64,000 bases of DNA from Candidatus Kapaibacterium sp. (GCA_963664875.1 OY761611.1:672001-736000), one strand, 5' to 3'. Shown: positions 1 to 10,706, counted from the first letter of the stretch. The notes: a model not told the origin generated them from the sequence alone. Numbers and translations are program-made.

Positions 1-1032
1 TATTTTAAATCCATAGTTTTTAGCTTCTTCACCCGCAACTACTACATAAATATCATTTTCAGGTTTCTGAGCAGGGAGAAGCTTCAATTCTTCCAATATA
101 AGTAATAATCTTTCAACACCAAATGCAAATCCAACAGAAGGAGTTTCTTTGCCACCCAATTCAGTAAATAGTTTGTTATATCTACCGCCACCGCCAAATG
201 AATCCTGAGCCCCAAGTGCCGAGCTCTGAAATTCAAAAACTGTATGAGAGTAGTAGTCTAAACCTCTTACCAATTTTGGAGAAATCTCATACTTGACTTC
301 CAGCTCATCTAACAGGCTAATAACTCTGTCAAAATGAGCTTTACTCTCTTCATCTAAATAATCTTTGAGTACAGGAGCATTTTTGACTATTTCAATATCT
401 TTGTTATCTTTTGAATCTAAAACTCTTAGTGGATTGATATCAAGTCGGTTTCTGCTATCTTCCGACAAAGATTCTTTCTGTGCAGACAAGTAATCTATCA
501 AAGCAAGTCTGTAATTTGCTCTTGAAGCATCGTTACCCAATGAATTTATGAGGAGTTTATACTCGGTAATGCCGGCTGCTTTGATAATAGCATTAGCGAG
601 TAGAATAACTTCTACATCGGCTTCAGGATGCTCAGTAGCAAGGCATTCTGCTCCAAATTGATGGAACTGTCTAAATCTACCCTTTTGTGGTCTTTCATAT
701 CTGAAGAATGGACCGAAGTACCAAAATTTCTGATAGGTTCCTGTGTTAGCAAGTTTGTTTTGAATAACGCTTCTTACCAGTGCAGCGGTCGCTTCAGGTC
801 TTAAAGTAAGTGATTCTCCACCCCTATCTTCAAATGTGTACATTTCTTTATTTACTATATCAGTGCCATCTCCAATACCTCTCGAAAAGACCTCTGTCTT
901 TTCAAAGATTGGAGTGCGTAACTCTTGATAGCCAAAAGAATCTGAAACATTCCTAAAAATATTTTCCAAAAAATACCAGTTCCCAATCTCAATAGGCAGA
1001 ATATCTTTTGTTCCACGAATAGCCTGTATCAT
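1..1032 (-). CDS. hisS: Histidine--tRNA ligase (3' end runs off the left edge)
   Basis: Translated by hand from ATG at 1032: MIQAIRGTKDILP...TPIFE...KEMYTF...LRPEATA...FRYERPQKGRFRQFHQ...LVRGLDYY...GGGRY...GFAFGVER, all class II HisRS motifs. Absent from the ORF track because it is truncated. Confidence 0.97.
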   Translation of the reverse strand, partial: MIQAIRGTKDILPIEIGNWYFLENIFRNVSDSFGYQELRTPIFEKTEVFSRGIGDGTDIVNKEMYTFEDRGGESLTLRPEATAALVRSVIQNKLANTGTYQKFWYFGPFFRYERPQKGRFRQFHQFGAECLATEHPEADVEVILLANAIIKAAGITEYKLLINSLGNDASRANYRLALIDYLSAQKESLSEDSRNRLDINPLRVLDSKDNKDIEIVKNAPVLKDYLDEESKAHFDRVISLLDELEVKYEISPKLVRGLDYYSHTVFEFQSSALGAQDSFGGGGRYNKLFTELGGKETPSVGFAFGVERLLLILEELKLLPAQKPENDIYVVVAGEEAKNYGFKI

Positions 1033-1042
1033 AATCGTTCCC

Positions 1043-4000
1043 TTATTTTATTACCTGCATAGTCTCAGAATAAATTCTGTAAGGTGTTTTCAAAATATAT
1101 CTATAAACACCATTTTCTAAATCATTAGCATTGATTACATATCTATGCTCACCTTTTGGAAGCAAGCCATCTGCAACTGTCATTACTCTTTTGCCTGTCA
1201 TGTCAATTACATACAATTCAATTTGAGTCTGCGTAGGCAATTCAAAAATTATATTTGAAGTAAGAGTAAACGGATTAGGTGTGTTTTGAGCTAAAATAGA
1301 CTTCCCGTTCGGATCAAATAACCTTGGCTCACCATTTTCTTCACAAACACCTTTCAAAGTAAACAGAGAAGATTCCTCTTTAATATCAAATTTTCCTAAT
1401 CCTATCGGCACAGAGTTGCTTAATGTCAATTCTGAAGTCAAATTATTACCTAATCCAACATGGAACTTGATGCGTCTGAGTACCGAATCAGGTTGTATAT
1501 CAAGCGGCAAATCGATGCCAATAGTTCTAACATTATTTTCTGTTACGTCATATTCAAAAGTCTCAACAGGGGCAAGTAAAGTTGAATTGAAACTTAAGTA
1601 AGTTCGAATTCCTGAAATTGTTTTTCTGATGCCTTCTTCGTTAATATTTTTAATTTTCACCTGTAGCTCTACTATATCGCCCGGCTTTCCTTCCATATCA
1701 GTAAGATAAATAGCACAAGAACTAAGGATTGGACTAACTCCTTCGCCCAGAAGGTTAATCCTTGCAGGGTATTGATGCAAATTATGTTCAAGTTTGAGTA
1801 CAGAGTTATTTCTTACATTATCAGTTGGGGTGAATCTGACTTTTATCGTTTTGGATTCTCCCGGATTGATCGATTTAATATCAGCACCTTCAAGAATTCT
1901 AAAGTTATCGGATTCAGGATCGTCAAGATAAATACCAGTGATATCTAATTTTGCTGAATGATTATTAGTAATCACAGCAGTAAGTGTAGAATCTCGGAAT
2001 TCACCAAAATCAACAATACCTAAATCAAAATACGTATTATTTACACTCAGTCCTTCGTGCAAAGAATTTGCCGATACTATAGACTTTATTGTAACGTTCC
2101 CGCTAATTTGAATTTGCAGCTGAGCTTTTAAAGCTCCTGAAGACTTTGGATAGACAGAAATTTCTAAATCAATGAAATCATCCGGTAATAGTATCAAAGG
2201 CAAATCCAATTCTGTGAGTAAAGCAAACTGTTCATTTGCATCATTCAGTAATTCTAAGGATCTTATTTCGATTGGGAACTTGTTTTCGTTTACAATCACT
2301 TTTTTAAATACCGAATCAACTACTATACCTCTATAAATATCTCCAAAACTTATATCGCTTAGAGTAATATTTGCTTTTTTGATACTAAACTTACAATCGG
2401 TAGTATCCATTTGTAAATCTCGCTGATCCAGATTCCATACTTTAGCAGTGCTATCCCAGCTTGCGGTAAGCACTCTGCTACCGTCAAAATTCATTACGGC
2501 AGTGCTTATAGTGCTTCTATGCTCAGCAAGTTCAGCTCTCGGATTTCCTGTAGCTGCGTACCAAATGAATGCTTTTTTGTCAGTTCCGGAAGTAAGTAGA
2601 TATTCAGTACCTTCGTTATCTCGGGCAAAAGAGGCGTGTCTGATAAAATAGTTATCTGAAGTATCTTTATTGTGAGTTACAGAATACAAAGTGTCACTTA
2701 GGAAATAGGTATCTTTGTCAGGCAAATTTTTCAAATCCCATACCATTGTCTTTTTCAAGTTTGAGCTTGTAAGTGCAACTTTTGAAGCATTATCATTAAA
2801 CGTAGCATGGGCAACGTCACCATAATCTGACTCCTGCACTTTGAACTGTTTGTATAAAGTACCTGCACCTGAACCGACGGCATTATATAATCTGGCATAG
2901 ACAGCGTTTCCTGCAGTAAGGATGTAGCTATCAGTAGGATCATACTCAGCATACCAAGCTCTTTTTGTAGAAGTATATGCATCTATGTTTCTTATGAGAG
3001 CTAATGTATTTACATCATAAATTTTAACTGTTCCGTCGGAAGAAGCGGTTACAATCGCTTTTGAATTATGAGAAAAGTTTACCGAATTTACTTTTTCTTT
3101 TTGAATAATTGTACCTAAACTATCACCTGTAACAGCATTCCATAATATAACAGTAGAGTCTTTTGAAGCAGTAGCGATATACTGATTATCAAAACTAAAT
3201 ACAGCATAGTTTACTTCATGAGAGTGCTTTTTTAAAGTAAGTAACTTGGCTCCGGTATTAGAATTCCAAACTACAGCAGATGAATCCCCTGATGCAGTAA
3301 CTATTTTATCACCAAAAGTATTGAAAAATGCGCTATTGACTTGTGCCCAATGTTTCAGATTCATAGTTCTGCCGATATTATTAGGCCAAAGTTGAATAGC
3401 CCTTACAAGTGCATCATCGGTTTCTACATTCGGAATATCCCATTTATATTTCAATCCTTTAACGTTGGTCGCTAAAGTATCCCACGAAGCGCCTTCATTC
3501 AAAGAATATTCGAGCTGAATAACATCTTCCGGCAATAATCCCTCCCACTCCACATAATGCTCATCACCAAGGATGAGTGTTTCTTTGCAAACAGGAGATG
3601 TAATTTTTATAGTTTTTTCTTTAGGTGGAGTATTCGGGTAGCCGGCTGCAATTAAAACTTCATTGCCGACACAGGCAGAAGAAGTGATAAGCAGCTTAGT
3701 GAACTGTATGGTAGAATCTACGGGAGAATATTTTACTACCACTTTGTGCTGTTGCCCTTTTGGAAGTACAAAAGGAGAACTAACTTTACCTTCTATTATA
3801 TCAAATAATATATCATTTTGAAGCTCGATTTTATCAATAGCGATATCACCGTTCACTGCTTCCAAATATATCTCTCTTGTATCACTTTCTCCCGGGAGAA
3901 TAGGATTAAATTTAATATTTAAAGGCAAAGCTGCTAATCTGATTTTAGAGGAAACAAGAGTAAAATAATCAACAGCACCATCAGCATTGCTCGACGGGAT

Positions 4001-4843
4001 AAATATTTCTGAAACGTGATTATCATCGCATGAAGCAGAAGCATCCCAAGTCAATTTTGCCGGTCTTACTCCATATATCCATGAAATCATGGTTCTCGCT
4101 ACGTCTTGAAACGGAATATTGTTATTCACTTTATCGAGATATATACCGCCTGTCTGATTTATCATATTTTTGAGCTTATCAGAAATGGTTGTTCCAAGAG
4201 CAACCAAATTCACCTGAATATTATTATTTTTATAGTTCTGAATTTGCTCATCCGTAAGATTTATCTTAGTATTACCATCAGTAATAATTAATGCCTTTTT
4301 TTGATAATTGCCTTTTTCAAAAACTTTAACCACAGAACCCGGAGAGTTTACAAAAACCCTGTTTAAATCAGAACCGCTTGCATTTTGTAACTTATCAAGC
4401 GTATTTAGCAGTAAAGTTTTATCGGCAGTAAAATCTTTATACAAAAAAGTATAAGTATCAAATGCTGAGAGAGAAACTTCAGCAGCATTAAAGTCGAAAT
4501 TATTCAATATAAAAGCAGCAATTTTTTTTGCGTAAACAAAATTGCCATTGCTTATATTCAATCCTAAATCAAAAGAAATATCTAAAGATACCTGTTTATT
4601 GACATCTCCCGTAAAGTTATCATGAGAAATGACCGGCATGTTGTTGCCATTGTCAAGGACAGTAATTTGCCCTGCATTGACATTGTAATTCGGCAAAACA
4701 GAAGTATCATCAAAAACAAAGTAATCCACTGAAACCAATGGAAAGTCTTTAGTTTCAGTATTTAAAATTACCATATTTTGAGAGGCGTTTATGATATTTA
4801 CAGATGCAATTAAGCACAGAATTGCTAAAAGAAATCTAAACAT
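1043..4843 (-). CDS. Secreted multidomain protein: degenerate VWA-like domain, ASH/Ig-like domains, WD40 propeller, T9SS C-terminal sorting domain
   Basis: N-terminal signal peptide; ALIITDG VWA motif; repeated IVTASxDxTxxxW WD40 units; C-terminal LAQNTPNPF...IDMTGKRV...LENGVYRY typical of a T9SS type A CTD. Confidence 0.8.
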   Translation of the reverse strand: MFRFLLAILCLIASVNIINASQNMVILNTETKDFPLVSVDYFVFDDTSVLPNYNVNAGQITVLDNGNNMPVISHDNFTGDVNKQVSLDISFDLGLNISNGNFVYAKKIAAFILNNFDFNAAEVSLSAFDTYTFLYKDFTADKTLLLNTLDKLQNASGSDLNRVFVNSPGSVVKVFEKGNYQKKALIITDGNTKINLTDEQIQNYKNNNIQVNLVALGTTISDKLKNMINQTGGIYLDKVNNNIPFQDVARTMISWIYGVRPAKLTWDASASCDDNHVSEIFIPSSNADGAVDYFTLVSSKIRLAALPLNIKFNPILPGESDTREIYLEAVNGDIAIDKIELQNDILFDIIEGKVSSPFVLPKGQQHKVVVKYSPVDSTIQFTKLLITSSACVGNEVLIAAGYPNTPPKEKTIKITSPVCKETLILGDEHYVEWEGLLPEDVIQLEYSLNEGASWDTLATNVKGLKYKWDIPNVETDDALVRAIQLWPNNIGRTMNLKHWAQVNSAFFNTFGDKIVTASGDSSAVVWNSNTGAKLLTLKKHSHEVNYAVFSFDNQYIATASKDSTVILWNAVTGDSLGTIIQKEKVNSVNFSHNSKAIVTASSDGTVKIYDVNTLALIRNIDAYTSTKRAWYAEYDPTDSYILTAGNAVYARLYNAVGSGAGTLYKQFKVQESDYGDVAHATFNDNASKVALTSSNLKKTMVWDLKNLPDKDTYFLSDTLYSVTHNKDTSDNYFIRHASFARDNEGTEYLLTSGTDKKAFIWYAATGNPRAELAEHRSTISTAVMNFDGSRVLTASWDSTAKVWNLDQRDLQMDTTDCKFSIKKANITLSDISFGDIYRGIVVDSVFKKVIVNENKFPIEIRSLELLNDANEQFALLTELDLPLILLPDDFIDLEISVYPKSSGALKAQLQIQISGNVTIKSIVSANSLHEGLSVNNTYFDLGIVDFGEFRDSTLTAVITNNHSAKLDITGIYLDDPESDNFRILEGADIKSINPGESKTIKVRFTPTDNVRNNSVLKLEHNLHQYPARINLLGEGVSPILSSCAIYLTDMEGKPGDIVELQVKIKNINEEGIRKTISGIRTYLSFNSTLLAPVETFEYDVTENNVRTIGIDLPLDIQPDSVLRRIKFHVGLGNNLTSELTLSNSVPIGLGKFDIKEESSLFTLKGVCEENGEPRLFDPNGKSILAQNTPNPFTLTSNIIFELPTQTQIELYVIDMTGKRVMTVADGLLPKGEHRYVINANDLENGVYRYILKTPYRIYSETMQVIK

Positions 4844-4930
4844 TTGGAATTTCCTTTTAAATTAGTATCTTTTTATGCTGCATTACAAATTTAACACTTT
4901 TTGTATAACTACATAAAACAATCCTCAATA

Positions 4931-4972
4931 AAACAAAAAAAAGTCTATATTTAGCTGATAAATATAGACTTT
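4931..4972 (-). terminator. Intrinsic terminator of the Omp85-like gene
   Basis: Inverted repeat aaagtctatattta/taaatatagacttt with an A-tract on the left, giving a U-tail on the minus strand. Confidence 0.75.
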
Positions 4973-4993
4973 AAGACCATTTTTTTTCTTGAT

Positions 4994-7900
4994 TTAGAAA
5001 TCGAAGCCCAAAGAGAATAAATACAAAGGCTTAGACCAAGCATGATACTCGTTTCTCCAAGCAATGTCCATTTTTACCGGTAGTCCCAATAAGTAGGCAC
5101 GTACTCCAATACCTGAACTCATAATAACGTTTTCAAAGTACCTTTTGCCGTCTCTATGCAATCTGGAAACTACAAGGTTGTCATCCCAAGCGGCTCCAAC
5201 GTCAAAGAAAAATGATCCCATTACTCCTTGGAGCAAGATAGGCATAGGGCCTGCCACAAGAGCTTGGAACATCGGGAATCTAAATTCTACATTGGAAACA
5301 AAATATTTATTTCCATAAATCTGACTTAAATTCCATCCCCTAACCGGCAAAACAAACTGAGAAAATGCGAAATCCTCAGGTTTATCAAATGGTAAGCGAT
5401 TATCTGTGAAGTTCCTATTGATCCAATTGTCAACGCCACCGACAAAGTATCTTTGAGGGTCAGGTCCGAAAGAAGCACCGGCAGCACCCCTAAGAGCTAA
5501 ACTAAAATAATCTCCAATTGGCAAATATCTTCTATAGTCAAAGTCAAGATTTATAAAGCCTATATTTTCGTTACCAAGCTTTGGTGTTCCTTTAAAACCT
5601 AAATAATACCTGGAACCACTATGTGGTGCAAAATATCCCCAGAGCACGTCATCATGAACAAATCTGCCTTGTGGAACAAATAACATTCTGGAAAGATTGT
5701 TATTTGAAGGATTTTGCAAGTTTTCTTTAGTAACATTTAGCCAATTTATACCCCATTCCAAACGATTAAACAGGTCAAAAGGATAAGATGCAGTAACACC
5801 CAATCCATAATTCCTAAACCTATATAAATCATTGGATTCTTCAGTTGGATTTGTTTTCAAATAAGCAGCTGAATGGAAAATTGTAAAGTTATAATCAATT
5901 ATTTTAGGAAGATAACTGTATGCTGCCATAAACTGACTATTTCTTAGGTCTGTATGCAAATTTGCCTGAAAGAACAGCTGATGATTGCCCATGATGTCAG
6001 AATACAATATCTGAGTTACACCTTGAAAACCATAGTAAGTCGAATATCCCGGATTTGCTAAAACTATATCAGGAGAGAAAATAATCTTATAATCGTTTTC
6101 CACAAATTCAGAATAATCAGTAATCATAGTATCGTTAGATTGAGCAAAAGCATTTGACTTAATATCAGGATTTTCTTTTACCACCTGTTGTTGGTCAAAT
6201 TCAAATGTAAAATTGCCCCACCCCTGTAATTGACTGTTTGCAGTTTTTGAATCCTCTTCAAAAGATTCTAAGAGAGCTATTGATTCCTTTTCTTTTTGTT
6301 TCAATTTTGTCAATGGCAACTCATCCAGATCTAAATTCCGCTCAAATGGGAAGCGAATCATATATATATCATAACCGCCATTTATCTGAACTGTAAAGAG
6401 TAATTTGCTGTCATCAGGTGACAAATCTAATTGGGTTATACCTGCTATTGAATTCGAAATCGGTCTCACATTTTGAGTTTCGATATTCAATTTGTATATA
6501 TTACCTATTCCATTTTTGTCCGAAACAAACAATAGTGACTTGCTGTCAGAAGCAACTGCTAAAGATGTAATACCCGGATATTGGTCGTGGGTGATTCTTC
6601 GTATATTTTTTGATTCAATATTTATACAATAAATATCTGTTTTGTCAACATCATGCTTGTATAGTTTGAAATCCTTTTTAACATTACCATCAGTAAAGTC
6701 TAATCTGTCGGATATGAAATAAATTTCCTGAGAATCAGATGACCATACAGGGTACTTGTCTGAAAAAATATCATCTGTGATTTGAACTAATTTTTCTGTT
6801 TTAAAATCATAAAGGTAAATGTCACTTTTTTTACCTGAAGCCCCGGCAAAGGCAATATATCGACCATCAGGCGACCAAGTTACAGAACCAATAGTCCTCA
6901 AATCAAACTTAATTTTTTCGTAGTCGCCACTTTCGACATCTACAAGGTAAATAGCATCATTCCCACCGGATTTGGCAGAAATCACTATCTGTTTGCCATT
7001 AGGGCTCCATGAAATGCCCGGGGTTAGAATATTCAAATCTTCGAAGTCTTGTTCGCGAAAACTGCTAATGAGCTGTTTCGTTGTCTTTTTGTCGTTAATA
7101 TCTCTTATATAAATTCCAAACAATCCGGAATCATCAGCAATGAAAGCCATCTTTTCGCCGTCAGGTGAGATAGCCGGTGAAGTGTTATAAAAGTTTCTGT
7201 TTTCTTTATGATCAGTCAGTGCAATCGCATAATCTTTAGGATCTTCGTAAACCTCTAAATCTGTCCAATAATATTTTTTTAGGTCTCGTTCCCACTTTTC
7301 GCTAAAATCTTTCAAATTCATCTGGAAAGAACTTTCAAAAGCCATATCGACATTTTTATAGGTCTTCATCTTCTGAATAAGCTCGCCTACTTTTTCCCTG
7401 CCATAATTTTCTGCGATGTACCAATAAAATGTCTGTCCGCCTCTGTACGCAAGGTAACCGTTTAGTCGTTGTAGCGGTGGTAAGTTCTCACTGATAGCAA
7501 GGTCTCTCATAAACATATCAGTTTCAGTATTAAGTCCCCCAATGCTTTCAAACTCGGCAAGACCCTCGTTCATCCATAAAGGAATTGCAAACATATTGTT
7601 AGACGAAATGGCAGATTGGAAGGTACCTCCAAAAAACAAATCGTTGATAACAGCATGAACCAACTCATGATGTATTACGTGTCGTAGCTGAGCAAAATCA
7701 CCTTGGAAAGGCACCACTACACGATTTTTAAATAATTCTGTAACACCACCAACACCTTCGGACATAAAAGAGGATATAACATTTGTCTGTTGAAAATCGT
7801 TATGGCTATCATAAACAACCATACTGACTCTTTTGCCTAATTTGTAGTTAAGTGTATTTTGGATGGAGGCTAATGACTTTTCGGCTATTACGGCAGAATA

Positions 7901-8068
7901 TTCTGCCAAATCTTTAGAGCCTTTATCATAATATACATCAAAGTGTTGTGACTGTATATATTTCCAATTATATTCTCTATACTGTACTTTATTTTTACCA
8001 AACTGCGAATATCCATCTACAGAGATGAAGCACAACATTATCAACAATATGTAAAATAGTCTTTTCAT
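4994..8068 (-). CDS. Omp85/BamA-TamA-like outer membrane protein with N-terminal zinc metallopeptidase-like domain and TolB/PD40 propeller
   Basis: Signal peptide; QFGKNKVQY start; HELVH...PLWMNEGLAE (HExxH plus E); several WSPDG/SPDG PD40 repeats; PVRGW and NVEFRFP Omp85 motifs; C-terminal LGFDF. Confidence 0.8.
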   Translation of the reverse strand: MKRLFYILLIMLCFISVDGYSQFGKNKVQYREYNWKYIQSQHFDVYYDKGSKDLAEYSAVIAEKSLASIQNTLNYKLGKRVSMVVYDSHNDFQQTNVISSFMSEGVGGVTELFKNRVVVPFQGDFAQLRHVIHHELVHAVINDLFFGGTFQSAISSNNMFAIPLWMNEGLAEFESIGGLNTETDMFMRDLAISENLPPLQRLNGYLAYRGGQTFYWYIAENYGREKVGELIQKMKTYKNVDMAFESSFQMNLKDFSEKWERDLKKYYWTDLEVYEDPKDYAIALTDHKENRNFYNTSPAISPDGEKMAFIADDSGLFGIYIRDINDKKTTKQLISSFREQDFEDLNILTPGISWSPNGKQIVISAKSGGNDAIYLVDVESGDYEKIKFDLRTIGSVTWSPDGRYIAFAGASGKKSDIYLYDFKTEKLVQITDDIFSDKYPVWSSDSQEIYFISDRLDFTDGNVKKDFKLYKHDVDKTDIYCINIESKNIRRITHDQYPGITSLAVASDSKSLLFVSDKNGIGNIYKLNIETQNVRPISNSIAGITQLDLSPDDSKLLFTVQINGGYDIYMIRFPFERNLDLDELPLTKLKQKEKESIALLESFEEDSKTANSQLQGWGNFTFEFDQQQVVKENPDIKSNAFAQSNDTMITDYSEFVENDYKIIFSPDIVLANPGYSTYYGFQGVTQILYSDIMGNHQLFFQANLHTDLRNSQFMAAYSYLPKIIDYNFTIFHSAAYLKTNPTEESNDLYRFRNYGLGVTASYPFDLFNRLEWGINWLNVTKENLQNPSNNNLSRMLFVPQGRFVHDDVLWGYFAPHSGSRYYLGFKGTPKLGNENIGFINLDFDYRRYLPIGDYFSLALRGAAGASFGPDPQRYFVGGVDNWINRNFTDNRLPFDKPEDFAFSQFVLPVRGWNLSQIYGNKYFVSNVEFRFPMFQALVAGPMPILLQGVMGSFFFDVGAAWDDNLVVSRLHRDGKRYFENVIMSSGIGVRAYLLGLPVKMDIAWRNEYHAWSKPLYLFSLGFDF

Positions 8069-8128
8069 AGTTACTCCGTTTTGTACTAACAGGCATTATA
8101 TGTAATACACTTAAAAACAGAAAAAGTT

Positions 8129-8156
8129 AAAAAAAAGGATGCATTTTATGCATCCT
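8129..8156 (-). terminator. Intrinsic terminator after ispG
   Basis: aggatgcat-ttt-atgcatcct hairpin preceded by an A8 tract on the + strand. Confidence 0.7.
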
Positions 8157-8205
8157 ATAAAATATATCATCTATTTCTTATAATCAACATAAATATCGAC
8201 ATATT

Positions 8206-9309
8206 TTAGCTATTTTCTTCCGGTTGGAATTCCATAACTTCTTTATATACCTCAGCAACGATATCCTCTTCTGCGATAGTCCTGACTATTTCGCCTTTTT
8301 TGAAAAGCAAGGCTTTCCCTTTACCGCATGCTAAGCCGATATCCGCTTCTTTTGCTTCGCCTGGACCATTAACAGCACAGCCCATGACTGCAAGTTTAAC
8401 CGGTTTTTTTATTCCTGCCAGTGCTGCCTCAAGTTTCTTAGTAATTGAGAACAAGTCAACCTCTAACCTACCACATGTAGGACAGGAAATTAGCTCAACG
8501 TTTCTTTGTGCAAGCCCAAGAGAACGCAATATTTCTTTGCCCACTTCTACTTCATGTTCCGGTTCGTCCGTTAAAGAGACTCTAATGGTATCTCCAATAC
8601 CTTCGGCAAGAAGAGTCCCTATACCCACTGAACTTTTGATAGTACCAACCCGAATCGTTCCTGCCTCAGTTACACCAAGATGCAAAGGAATATCAGTCCT
8701 TGCAGCTATCAATCTATAGGCATCAAGCATAAGTTTGACATTGGTTGATTTCACCGATACGATTAGATTATCGAATCCATGATCACGAGCTATATTTATG
8801 TGACGCATTGCACTATCATACAAAGCTTCGGCGGTAGGATAGCCATATTTTTCAAGCAAATCTTTTTCCAGAGAACCTGAATTAACACCAATACGGATAG
8901 GAATATTAGCACCTTTTGCTTTGTTTAGTACTTGTTTTATCCGCTCTTCATCGCCGATGTTTCCGGGATTTATCCTGACTTTGGATACACCTGCGTCAAT
9001 TGCCTCTAAAGCAAAAATGTAATTGAAATGAATATCAGCAACAATTGGCACTTCCACCTGTTTGATGATTTCTTTCATGGCAGCAGCAGCTTCTTTGTTA
9101 TTGACAGTGATTCTTACAATGTCAGCGCCTGCCTCCTGCACTCTTTTCACCTGTTCTACTGTTGCTTTTACATCAGCTGTCTTAGTCTTTGTCATAGTTT
9201 GTACAGCTATGGGTGAATCTCCTCCGATAGGAACTCCACCGATGTATATTTTTTTTGAAACGCGACGTTTGAAAGTAGTTTTAACGTCTGTGTTTTCTAT
9301 AGGAATCAT
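8206..9309 (-). CDS. ispG: (E)-4-hydroxy-3-methylbut-2-enyl-diphosphate synthase
   Basis: PIVADIHF, RINPGNIG, RIGVNSGSL, LHLGVTEAG, GIGDTIRVSL, SCPTCGR and MGCAVNGPGE Fe-S motifs. Confidence 0.98.
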   Translation of the reverse strand: MIPIENTDVKTTFKRRVSKKIYIGGVPIGGDSPIAVQTMTKTKTADVKATVEQVKRVQEAGADIVRITVNNKEAAAAMKEIIKQVEVPIVADIHFNYIFALEAIDAGVSKVRINPGNIGDEERIKQVLNKAKGANIPIRIGVNSGSLEKDLLEKYGYPTAEALYDSAMRHINIARDHGFDNLIVSVKSTNVKLMLDAYRLIAARTDIPLHLGVTEAGTIRVGTIKSSVGIGTLLAEGIGDTIRVSLTDEPEHEVEVGKEILRSLGLAQRNVELISCPTCGRLEVDLFSITKKLEAALAGIKKPVKLAVMGCAVNGPGEAKEADIGLACGKGKALLFKKGEIVRTIAEEDIVAEVYKEVMEFQPEENS

Positions 9310-9322
9310 GTTATTGTCTCAC

Positions 9323-10300
9323 TTATAGTTTCTTACTAAGCTCATTGAGAATATGTTTTTCTTTTTCTGTAAGATTTTGATAGCCGGTAGCACTAATTTT
9401 GTCGAGTATTTCATCGAGCATCTCTTGCGGAATTTCAACACCGTCAATGGTATATGACTTAGAAGAACTCGGCTTATTGCTTACAGAATTTGATTTATTA
9501 GATTGATATTCTTTGTCAAATTGATAAATTTTCGGTTCACGACTGTAGTATTGCTTTTCTTTGAATACCGGCTCTTGATAAGTTTGTCTTTTTGAAGCTC
9601 CAAATAAAGAAAACAATCCTATATCATCACCAAATTTCAACAGAAACCATCCGGTGATTGCCCCACCAAGGTGAGCGAAGTATGCTACACCGTCATTTGA
9701 AAGAAAACCAAACAGAATTTGCAATCCACCGATTATTAACACAAATGTTTTTGCAGGAATAGGGATAAAAATCGGGAACATAAATACAGACCGATTCGGA
9801 AAACTGAGCCCAAAGGCTAAAAGTACCCCAAATATAGAACCTGACGCTCCAATTGTGAGTCCTGCCGAACCAAGAAGCGGTGGTATTATAAGCTGAAAGA
9901 TGCCGGCTCCAATACCGGAAAGAAGATAATATATAAGAAACTTTTTAGACCCCCAAAGATTTTCCAATTCCATACCGAACATCCACAATGCAAACATATT
10001 AAATAGGATGTGAGTAAAATCTCCATGTAGAAATTGGTATGTAATAAGCTGAACAGGAGTCATTAAAATATCTAATGAGTTAAAATCGCTTATCGGATTC
10101 AAGCCAAAATATAATCTCATTAGATTAGTTAAAGATATTCTGCTAATAGAACCATCAAAAGGACTGGGTACTGTAAATTGCGAAAGAAAAAGAAATTGCA
10201 GAATAAAAATGGCAACATTGATTATTATCAAATATTTAATCACAGGAGGCATTACTCCTCTACCCATTCCCATTCCGCCAAACTGGCTTTTGTACGTCAT
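9323..10300 (-). CDS. Rhomboid family intramembrane serine protease with C-terminal soluble (DUF6576-like) tail
   Basis: HILFNM, GASG catalytic Ser, AHLGG catalytic His; C-terminal LDEILDKISATGYQNLTEKEK. Confidence 0.92.
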   Translation of the reverse strand: MTYKSQFGGMGMGRGVMPPVIKYLIIINVAIFILQFLFLSQFTVPSPFDGSISRISLTNLMRLYFGLNPISDFNSLDILMTPVQLITYQFLHGDFTHILFNMFALWMFGMELENLWGSKKFLIYYLLSGIGAGIFQLIIPPLLGSAGLTIGASGSIFGVLLAFGLSFPNRSVFMFPIFIPIPAKTFVLIIGGLQILFGFLSNDGVAYFAHLGGAITGWFLLKFGDDIGLFSLFGASKRQTYQEPVFKEKQYYSREPKIYQFDKEYQSNKSNSVSNKPSSSKSYTIDGVEIPQEMLDEILDKISATGYQNLTEKEKHILNELSKKL

Positions 10301-10322
10301 TTCAACCTGATTATTTGTTTAA

Positions 10323-10706
10323 CTAATTCATTGATAAAAATATTGTTCGTGCTGATTTGTTCACATTGTCCATATTTTGATAAAACTCTTTCCAAAGCGT
10401 TATAAATTCGTCCCAAGATTTGATAAATTCCTCTGCATCCTGCGGATATAAATCCCAGCTATAAACAACTCTATCAAAAGCTCTTAGAAGATCCGCTTTT
10501 TTGTTTGGGATATTACCTTGTGTAACGAGCAAGTCAGGTAATATATTCAATATTTTTGCAATAAATTTGAATATTTCACCAACAGTGCTGCTTAATTTTT
10601 CGTTAAGCTCATATTTTGATTTCAGCAAATCTATCAAACTCTGAGTCGAATTAAGAATAGAATCTACCATTTTAAAATGATTTTCAAAACCTGCATGATT
10701 TTCCAT
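10323..10706 (-). CDS. Hypothetical helical protein
   Basis: 127-aa ORF with ATG, a GAGAGG RBS upstream, co-oriented between pgk and the rhomboid gene. No recognised motif. Confidence 0.75.
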   Translation of the reverse strand: MENHAGFENHFKMVDSILNSTQSLIDLLKSKYELNEKLSSTVGEIFKFIAKILNILPDLLVTQGNIPNKKADLLRAFDRVVYSWDLYPQDAEEFIKSWDEFITLWKEFYQNMDNVNKSARTIFLSMN

